A stretch of 32,000 nucleotides of DNA from Pyrodictium abyssi (GTDB lineage Archaea; Thermoproteota; Thermoprotei_A; Sulfolobales; Pyrodictiaceae). Shown here piece after piece: positions 25,829 to 32,000 of this stretch. Position 1 is the first letter of the stretch, and every line of letters begins with the position of its first letter. The notes under the pieces are model-generated. The model was not told where the DNA came from. It saw nothing but the letters and a program-made list of their open reading frames with translations, and searched no databases. Made by a program: the position numbers and the translations under genes. The stretch lies in NCBI RefSeq assembly GCF_036323395.1, contig NZ_AP028907.1, positions 1,050,001 through 1,082,000 on the forward strand. The letters run 5' to 3'.

Positions 25829-28045
25829 TTGTGGTTGCGGGCTGTAGCCCCTACGCTAGTAACGCGACATGCCAGCTCCTCTTACACACGTGAACAAGGA
25901 GCCTGGAGGGACAGTCTGTTGAAGAACGGGTTGACAAAGCTCGTACTCGCAGTAGCAATACTAGTCTACGTAGTGTACGGCGTCATGGCGTTCTACACGT
26001 TCCAGAACCTCCCACCAGTACCCGACAAGGTGGTAACCAGTACCGGGGAAACACTCTTCACAGGCCAGGACATAGTCGAGGGCAAGGCGCTGGTACAGCA
26101 CTACGGCCTCCAGGACTATGGCAGCTTCCTCGGCTTCGGCGGCTACTTCGGCATGGACTACACGGCTTACACCCTCCACATACTCGCCGAGACAGCTAGA
26201 GAGGCGGGCGCAGACGACCTCAGAGCAGCCCTCGAGCCCGAGTTCATCCAGCAGGGCGGCGGGACCATAGCCGTGGTCAGCGACGTCTTCGCTGAAGGCT
26301 ACCGCCGCGCCCTAGACTTCTACACGAGGTTCTTCCGCGGAGAGATAGCCGAGACCCGCCTAGCGCTGGACCTCACGCCGGACGAGGCCAGGAAGATAAC
26401 AGCGTTCTTCACCTGGGGCGCCATGATAGCCATGAAGGGCTATACTAACGGGTTCCCCTACTACCCAGGCCTAGTAGAGCCGACGATATCCAGCGTCAAG
26501 GCGACCTGGGTGACGATATTCCTCCTGCTCCTAGTGGTAATGCCCCTGGTAGGCTACGTGCTGCTAAAGTTCATAGACTACTGGCGCGACCAGCGCGTAA
26601 CAGTCGAGCTACCGCCGCCGAGCCGCGCCCAGAGGCTAGCACTAGTAGGCATGGCGCTCGCAGCGCTGGGCTTCGCGGTGCAGGGGCTACTCGGCGGCTA
26701 CATGATGCACCTCTACGCCGAGCAGAGCCTCTACGGCGTAGACCTCACCGGGATACTGCCCTTCAACGTGGCCCGCGCGCTCCACTACAACCTAGCGATA
26801 CTATGGATAGTAGTAACGTGGGTATCATTCGCTATATTCATACTACCGTACTTCGGCGCCCGGATAACCGAGAAACACGCCTTAGCCATACTAGGCGCGG
26901 GTGCGGCTACAGCGTTAGGCATACTCTTCGGCATATGGCTGTCATACCTGGGCAAGATGCCGGATAGCGTCTGGTTCATACTGGGTAGCCAGGGCCGCCC
27001 AGTAATCTCCCAGGGCACCCTATGGCTCCTACTAGTAGCCGGGCTCCTAGCGTACCTAGCGCTCGTAGTCTACCGGACAGCGAAGACAACTCCCCTGGAG
27101 CCGGCGAGACCACTGCTGAAGATACTGGCGATAGGCCTCGCGGGCTCAGCAGCAGGCGCCTTCGTGGGCGCACTGCCGGTGGTTAAGCCCTGGAGCCACT
27201 TCACGGTGGACGAGTACTTCCGCTGGATAACCATACACAGCTTCGTAGAGGGCTTCTGGCCGGCAATACTGGTGCCGATACTGGTAGCCCTGCTGGTAGT
27301 CACGGGCCTAGTGCCGCCCAAGCTGGGCATAGCTGTGGCCGGTATGGACGCGGCCCTCGAGATAGCGTCAGGCATGATAGGTACTGCGCACCACTACTAC
27401 TGGGGCGGCGAGCCAACATTCTGGATGTACGTAGGCGCTGCTATGAGCACCCTAGAGGTGCTCCCCATAGGCTTCCTAATAGCCTACGCCATAGTCCTAT
27501 GGCGCCGCGGCGAGGTCAGCACAGAGCTGCAGAGGACCCTAGTGACATTCATACTCGTAGCGGCGCTGGGCGGCGCAATAGGCGTCATAGCGTTCGGCGC
27601 CGGCCTCATCAACATGCCTGTGGTCAACTACTACCTCCACGGCAGCCAGGGCACAATGGTGCACGCGCACCTGGCAATGCCGCTAGCGTACGGCATCCCG
27701 AGCATACTGATGTGGGTGGTAGCGTTCTACCTCGCTGGCGGCTTTAGCGACTCGACGCTCCGCAAGCTACGCAAGGCAGCAGTGGTGATGGCTGTAGGCT
27801 TCTACCTGCAGATACTCCTCTCGCTGGGCCCGCTAATGCTCAAGCAGTTCAACGCTGGGAGCAGCCAGGGCTACTGGTTCATAAAGAGCCTAGTAGCGCC
27901 CGACGGCTCGCTAGGCTTCTGGATGGACGGCACAGTGAAGGCACTGGTATGGGCTAGGCTCGTAGGCGACCTCGTGGTCGCAGCAGCCCTGCTAATATTC
28001 CTCGTGGAGATAGCCAAGGCGCTCCCGAGAGCGCTAAAAGGCTAG
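25829..28045 (+). CDS. norZ: Quinol-type nitric oxide reductase (qNOR/NorZ-like)
   Basis: 738 aa longest ORF; better start TTG 25919 preceded by GGAGGG at 25905-25910. FTGQDIVEGKALVQHYGLQDYGSFLGFGGYFGMDYTA qNOR N-terminal domain without CxxCH; core motifs HSFVEGFWPAI, GTAHHYYWGG, STLEVLPI, HGSQGTMVHAHLA. Confidence 0.9.
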   Translation: MWLRAVAPTLVTRHASSSYTREQGAWRDSLLKNGLTKLVLAVAILVYVVYGVMAFYTFQNLPPVPDKVVTSTGETLFTGQDIVEGKALVQHYGLQDYGSFLGFGGYFGMDYTAYTLHILAETAREAGADDLRAALEPEFIQQGGGTIAVVSDVFAEGYRRALDFYTRFFRGEIAETRLALDLTPDEARKITAFFTWGAMIAMKGYTNGFPYYPGLVEPTISSVKATWVTIFLLLLVVMPLVGYVLLKFIDYWRDQRVTVELPPPSRAQRLALVGMALAALGFAVQGLLGGYMMHLYAEQSLYGVDLTGILPFNVARALHYNLAILWIVVTWVSFAIFILPYFGARITEKHALAILGAGAATALGILFGIWLSYLGKMPDSVWFILGSQGRPVISQGTLWLLLVAGLLAYLALVVYRTAKTTPLEPARPLLKILAIGLAGSAAGAFVGALPVVKPWSHFTVDEYFRWITIHSFVEGFWPAILVPILVALLVVTGLVPPKLGIAVAGMDAALEIASGMIGTAHHYYWGGEPTFWMYVGAAMSTLEVLPIGFLIAYAIVLWRRGEVSTELQRTLVTFILVAALGGAIGVIAFGAGLINMPVVNYYLHGSQGTMVHAHLAMPLAYGIPSILMWVVAFYLAGGFSDSTLRKLRKAAVVMAVGFYLQILLSLGPLMLKQFNAGSSQGYWFIKSLVAPDGSLGFWMDGTVKALVWARLVGDLVVAAALLIFLVEIAKALPRALKG

Positions 28046-28093
28046 CCAGACCCGGGCTCGACAGCCCCTAGCCCATACCCGTTTTTAGGGCGG

Positions 28094-29128
28094 CTAGAAG
28101 TGCTCAGCCCCTCTCCCCCACCCCTGGAAGTTGTCCCAGCCACGTGGCTCCAGCGTTCTCCCCCGGTGTAGTATCCCGGGCCCCTCGTGGTTCAGGACCC
28201 TGCCTATACGGGCTACACGCAGCCCTATAGCCTCCGCCTCCTCCTCGACTAGGTCTGCGCAGCCAGGCTTCACGGTGAAGACTACCTCGAACTCCTGGCC
28301 ACCGTAGAGCGCGAGGATCATGGGGTCCAGGCTCTTCTCCGAGGCGTAGTCCACTGCCTCCCTCTCGACGGGGACATCCTCTACCTCTATAGCGGCGCCA
28401 GCAGACCGGGAGAGGAGCCATAGGCTGAAGGCGAGCCCGTCGCTGGTATCCGCGGACCCCGTTAGGCAGCCCTGTGGCAGCCTCTCGGCTAGCTCGGCGA
28501 AGCCAAGCCGCGCGAGGGGCCGTGCCATCTCCCTGAAGGCCCTCGGGTAGGACTTGATGTCCTCCCTCCACGTACCCTCGGCTAGCGAGTGGAACACGAG
28601 CCCGCCGAGCCCGAGCCGCCCAGCAGTAGTGTAGACTAGGTCGCCCCTGCCCGGGCGGCGCGGCACCGGCACAGCCCGGGCGACGCCCACGGCTGCTACG
28701 TCGACCCAGCCGCAGCCCCTCCCATGGCAGCTGTTGAGGTCGCCGCCTGCTAGCCAGCCGCCGTGCGCCCTCGCAGCCTCAGCGGCGCCCCTCACGAGCT
28801 CCTCTAGCTCCTCTACCGTGGCCTCTGGGTCTAGACCGAGCGAGACTAGGAACACGAGTGGCCGGCCGGCCTTCGCGGCTAGGTCGCTAGCGGCTGCAGC
28901 GACCTGGAGCCAGCCAAGGTCCCCGAGGCTCATCCAGGGGGCCAGGTTGGAGGCTATGCCGCCTCCGTCGATCTTGACGAGGAGGTGCGCGGCGCCGGGC
29001 CCGGCGCAGGACGCGTCGTCCCCCGGGGCTAGGCTGCGGCAGCGCCACTGGCCCTGGAGGAGCCTAGTCAGGAGCTCGGTGGCACGGTGCTCCCCTATCT
29101 CGGCGAGCTTTGTGCCGCGCCGGTGCAA
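28094..29128 (-). CDS. thiL: Thiamine-monophosphate kinase (ThiL)-like / AIR synthase-related protein
   Basis: Track ORF runs to 29431 but its first ~100 aa look non-coding and overlap the next gene. In-frame TTG at 29128 gives LHRRGTKLAEIGEHRATELLTRLL...LAPGDDASC...KIDGGGIASN...DLGWLQVAAAASDLAAKAG...GGDLNS. Confidence 0.72.
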   Translation of the reverse strand: MHRRGTKLAEIGEHRATELLTRLLQGQWRCRSLAPGDDASCAGPGAAHLLVKIDGGGIASNLAPWMSLGDLGWLQVAAAASDLAAKAGRPLVFLVSLGLDPEATVEELEELVRGAAEAARAHGGWLAGGDLNSCHGRGCGWVDVAAVGVARAVPVPRRPGRGDLVYTTAGRLGLGGLVFHSLAEGTWREDIKSYPRAFREMARPLARLGFAELAERLPQGCLTGSADTSDGLAFSLWLLSRSAGAAIEVEDVPVEREAVDYASEKSLDPMILALYGGQEFEVVFTVKPGCADLVEEEAEAIGLRVARIGRVLNHEGPGILHRGRTLEPRGWDNFQGWGRGAEHF

Positions 29129-29175
29129 AACAACACCCCTGGCTAGGGCACCGGGCCAGCCCCGGGGGCCCAGCG

Positions 29176-30165
29176 CTACTGTAGCTTCATGGACTCGAGG
29201 CCCCGGTGCCCGGTGCGGCGTAGCGCCTCGTCTATGCGGCCCCACGCCTCCTCCGTGGCTGCTACGACCACGCTGCCTACCCGCACGACCTGGGTCAGCG
29301 TCGCGGCTCTCTTCTCGACGGCCACGCGGGCGCCTGCCTCGCTCGCTAGCCAGATAGCGGCGGCCACGTCTACTACGCGGAGCCGGCCACGGACGTCTAT
29401 GAACGCCTCGGCGCGGCCGAGCCCAGCCCACGCTATCTCGAGGCTAGCGCTGCCCAGAGCCCTTACGCTCCTCTTGTCCCCGGTTAGCCGCAGGTACTCA
29501 TGCACAACAGCGGCCTGCTCGGGCTTCTCGACGTAGGCTAGGACGAGCCTCGTCCTCCGGCCCGTCTCGACCGTGACCCGGGCGCCGCCCTCGTACGCGC
29601 CCTTTCCGCGGGCGAAGCTGAGCACAGGCCAGGGGAACACAGGGGCCACAGCGCCAGCGGCCACGTCTGCTAGGCTGGGCTCCCGGCCCTGAGGCAGCGG
29701 GGCGATGGCTATGCTGACAGCGCTCCACGGGACTAGGCCAGCGTAGTTCTTGCTGCCGTCGAGCGGGTCGGCCACCACTATGTAGGGGTCGTCACCGAGC
29801 TTGACTAGGCCGTGCTCCTCGCCCAGGAAGAGGCCGCGGAACCCCTCGGCCTCGAGGAGCTCTATGATGTTCTGCTCGCTCTCGACGTCTATCCTCATGC
29901 CCTCGTCTCCGTCGTGGCCGTGCACAGCGACAACGCTGAGGAGCTCCTCGAGGCCGAAGCGGTCGCGGAGGTACGCGGCGGCTTCCCCGGCGACGCGTAC
30001 AGCGAGCCTCCGGAGGTCCTCGAGCTCGCGGCGCTCCGCGAGGAGAGTCTCCACCAGGCTCCCTGGAGACCCGGCGGGCCCGGGCCCCCCTTTATCCGGG
30101 TTCCGGTTGCCGGCGAGTCCGGGACTCGTGATACCCGCTTCCCACAGCCCGACACAATCCAACAT
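29176..30165 (-). CDS. Inositol monophosphatase/FBPase-family phosphatase
   Basis: 329 aa; FLGEEHGLVKL, VVADPLDGSKNYAGLVPWSAVSIAIAP metal-binding motif; VDVAAAIWLASEAGA. Start may be downstream, e.g. GTG 30054. Confidence 0.85.
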   Translation of the reverse strand: MLDCVGLWEAGITSPGLAGNRNPDKGGPGPAGSPGSLVETLLAERRELEDLRRLAVRVAGEAAAYLRDRFGLEELLSVVAVHGHDGDEGMRIDVESEQNIIELLEAEGFRGLFLGEEHGLVKLGDDPYIVVADPLDGSKNYAGLVPWSAVSIAIAPLPQGREPSLADVAAGAVAPVFPWPVLSFARGKGAYEGGARVTVETGRRTRLVLAYVEKPEQAAVVHEYLRLTGDKRSVRALGSASLEIAWAGLGRAEAFIDVRGRLRVVDVAAAIWLASEAGARVAVEKRAATLTQVVRVGSVVVAATEEAWGRIDEALRRTGHRGLESMKLQ

Positions 30166-31112
30166 TATCGATACTCCCGGATTACCCCGCGTAGCAGCCT
30201 ATGCTGCAACAGCCTACGGTGCACAGCCATAACCTGGCCGTCCTCGCCCCGGAAGGCGAGCACGCCAGCCCAGTAGTCCACCACGCGGAGCCTCCGGCCC
30301 AGCAGCTTCACCGGGTCGGCCACGCGCCTGGCCGAGAGCAGCCAGCCGGGTTCCCGCGGCGCCACGGCGTAGGCGCGGAACCTCCCCTCGAGGCCCAGGC
30401 TGGCTAGCATCCTCGCGAGCCTCTCCGCGGCCCTCGTCCAGCCGTCCTCCTCCTGGAGCCGGGTGAGCGCCCCAGCTGCTAGCCTGAACCTCTCCTCCAG
30501 CCTCGCAGCCGCGCCCTCCGTGGCCAGCCTCATCCTGCCGAGCCGCTTCTCGGTCTCTCTCGCGTCTAGCAGCCCGCCCTCGTAGACCCGGGCGGCGGCT
30601 ACGTGTGGCTGCTCGGCTATTCTCCATAGCAGCCTCCAGCTCTGGGTAAGCCCTACCTTGACCCTAGAGCCGCCGTAGTCCAGCACGTAGACGGCGAACT
30701 CCTCGCCAGGATTCAGCCGGTGCGCCTCGAGGCATGCAGGCTCGTGGCCCTGGGCGCAGCGCTCGTAGAGGGCCTTCCAGCTACCCCGGTGCAGCACGCA
30801 GTAGCCGTCCCGAGTAACAGCCCTGTTGACGCAATACCGGTGGCTCAGTGGCTCACCACGGGGTCCCTCGTGGAACCTGCAGAGAAGGTCCCCGAGCCCC
30901 TCCACGGCTATGACGGGGCTCCAGGCCACCGATACGCTGCGGCTCGGCGGCTCCTGGACGAGGAGCCCCACCCGCGCGACCCTGGACACCTCGAGGTCTA
31001 GCTCTACGCGCGGGCCGCCGCCGAGCCAGGAGTCCAGCCCGCTGCCACGGGCCTCCGCGTGGAACAGGCCCAGCGGCTCGGCCTCGAAGACTACGGCGCG
31101 CAGTACTGGCAC
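30165..31112 (-). CDS. DUF2797-like protein
   Basis: 315 aa; CRFHEGPRGEPLSHRYCVNRAVTRDGYCVLHRGSW Cys/His motif and YGGSRVKVGLTQSWRLLWRIAEQ. Overlaps the IMPase start. Confidence 0.65.
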   Translation of the reverse strand: MPVLRAVVFEAEPLGLFHAEARGSGLDSWLGGGPRVELDLEVSRVARVGLLVQEPPSRSVSVAWSPVIAVEGLGDLLCRFHEGPRGEPLSHRYCVNRAVTRDGYCVLHRGSWKALYERCAQGHEPACLEAHRLNPGEEFAVYVLDYGGSRVKVGLTQSWRLLWRIAEQPHVAAARVYEGGLLDARETEKRLGRMRLATEGAAARLEERFRLAAGALTRLQEEDGWTRAAERLARMLASLGLEGRFRAYAVAPREPGWLLSARRVADPVKLLGRRLRVVDYWAGVLAFRGEDGQVMAVHRRLLQHRLLRGVIREYR

Positions 31113-31159
31113 AGCTGTCCCGGCCCCCTACGCGGCGACGGCGGCTCAAGCCCCCCGGC

Positions 31160-31168
31160 TTAAATACC
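31160..31168. promoter_or_regulatory. Candidate shared TATA element between cdvA and the DUF2797-like gene
   Basis: GGCTTAAATACCC on plus, GGGTATTTAAGCC on minus, centred roughly 50 nt from each start. Confidence 0.4.
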
Positions 31169-31213
31169 CGCTCGTGCCGCCCCTAGAATAGCTACCAGCG
31201 GTGGCTCCGGGAT

Positions 31214-31954
31214 ATGCCCAGGATGCCTCTCACGGTAGACAGGGTACAGGAGTTCATAGGCGAGACAGTCTACGACCCCTATGGCCGCGTCGCTGGCAGG
31301 CTTGTGAGCTTCGAAAGCGACGTGGACGGTACTGTCCAGAATGTGGTCGTAGAGACAGAGTCCAGGGATATACGCTTCATACCAGCTGAGGCCATAGAGA
31401 TCAAGGATGGTCGTGTCATAGTCTGGCCCGAGTGGAAGGTGGTAGCCTACAAGGTGATAGCGAGCTACCAGCGCGCCCTCAAGAGGCTCAAGGGTCTAGA
31501 GGACATGTACAGCCGCAACGAGATACCCAGCGTAGTCTACCACGAGATGAGGAAGAGGCTCAACGCGAGCATATCCAAGCTCAAGGACGAGGCTAAGAAG
31601 CTCCGCGAGATGATAACCCAAAGGATGCACGAAATAGAGGATAGCAACCTCAAGCTAGACCGCGCCATAGCAAACCTCAAGGTCTCCTACATGGCGGGCG
31701 AGATAGGCGAGAAGGCCTACAAGACAGCCATAGAGCACCTACGCGGCGCAAAGGACAGCAACGCCAGGGAGCTAGAGGACCTAAAGTCGACCAAGAACAA
31801 GGTAGAGGCCCTCGAGAACGGCGCCCTAGACCTCGTAAAGTCCAGAACGTCAGAGTCCAAGGCCGAGGACAAGAAGCAGCCGGAGCCGGCAAAGGCCCCG
31901 GCGTCGCCGATACAGGGGCTGCAGCCGATACCCGTCAAGGTAATCGAGGGCTAA
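31214..31954 (+). CDS. cdvA: Cell division protein CdvA (PRC-barrel + coiled coil + C-terminal CdvB-binding-like peptide)
   Basis: 246 aa; N-terminal PRC-barrel (VDRVQEFIGETVYDPYGRVAGRLVSFESDVDGTVQNVVVE), long coiled coil, C-terminal IQGLQPIPVKVIEG. Start at ATG 31214 or 31223. Confidence 0.87.
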   Translation: MPRMPLTVDRVQEFIGETVYDPYGRVAGRLVSFESDVDGTVQNVVVETESRDIRFIPAEAIEIKDGRVIVWPEWKVVAYKVIASYQRALKRLKGLEDMYSRNEIPSVVYHEMRKRLNASISKLKDEAKKLREMITQRMHEIEDSNLKLDRAIANLKVSYMAGEIGEKAYKTAIEHLRGAKDSNARELEDLKSTKNKVEALENGALDLVKSRTSESKAEDKKQPEPAKAPASPIQGLQPIPVKVIEG

Positions 31955-32000
31955 CACCCCGGCTCCACGGGCCCCGGAGGGACCCGCGACGAGCGCTAGA

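Noticed and set aside
29129-29431. N-terminal ~100 residues of the 445-aa track ORF (28094..29431)
   Set aside because: Arg/Gly/Pro-rich, overlaps the IMPase-family gene in another frame; ThiL-like similarity begins only after TTG 29128.
30214-30627. 137-aa minus-strand ORF inside the DUF2797-like gene
   Set aside because: Same-strand alternate frame, Arg/Gly-rich composition, fully contained in a better-supported gene.
1-32000. tRNA/rRNA genes, CRISPR arrays, transposons, inteins
   Set aside because: No GTTCRAnnC T-loop context with cloverleaf, no regularly spaced direct repeats, no transposase-like ORF, and no intein insertion in the hydrogenase or ATPase genes were visible by eye. A tRNAscan-SE/CRISPR tool run would be needed to exclude cryptic or intron-containing cases.

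Overview
This window reads as a GC-rich, densely packed crenarchaeal chromosome. A Pyrodictiaceae-like source is inferred from gene content and style, not proven. Recognisable content, left to right: (1) a minus-strand operon of zinc-ribbon proteins with an SPFH/band-7 protein (1-3697), partly off the left edge; (2) a small wHTH-like ORF; (3) a 1.7-kb stretch in which a GNAT gene, a HEPN gene and an MNT nucleotidyltransferase gene each carry one apparent frameshift; (4) a Liv-type (branched-chain amino acid/amide) ABC transporter, livM-H-F-G plus a separate livK-like binding protein; (5) an M48 protease; (6) an MFS transporter; (7) tatC and tatA; (8) a cytosolic-type [NiFe] hydrogenase locus: uncharacterised Cys-containing protein, small subunit, large subunit, 2x[4Fe-4S] ferredoxin; (9) an SF2 helicase; (10) a TIM-barrel protein, an EamA transporter and a class II aldolase; (11) a zinc-ribbon protein; (12) an HTH_10-like regulator with four Cys, divergent from a qNOR-type nitric oxide reductase with an altered catalytic-region motif; (13) a ThiL-like protein, an IMPase-family protein and a DUF2797-like protein; (14) cdvA of the Cdv/ESCRT division machinery. 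No tRNA, rRNA, CRISPR array or transposon could be supported. The strongest leads are the zinc-ribbon/SPFH operon, the frameshift cluster including HEPN/MNT, the hydrogenase-linked unknown protein, and the NOR/regulator pair. None is proven to be a new system from sequence alone.
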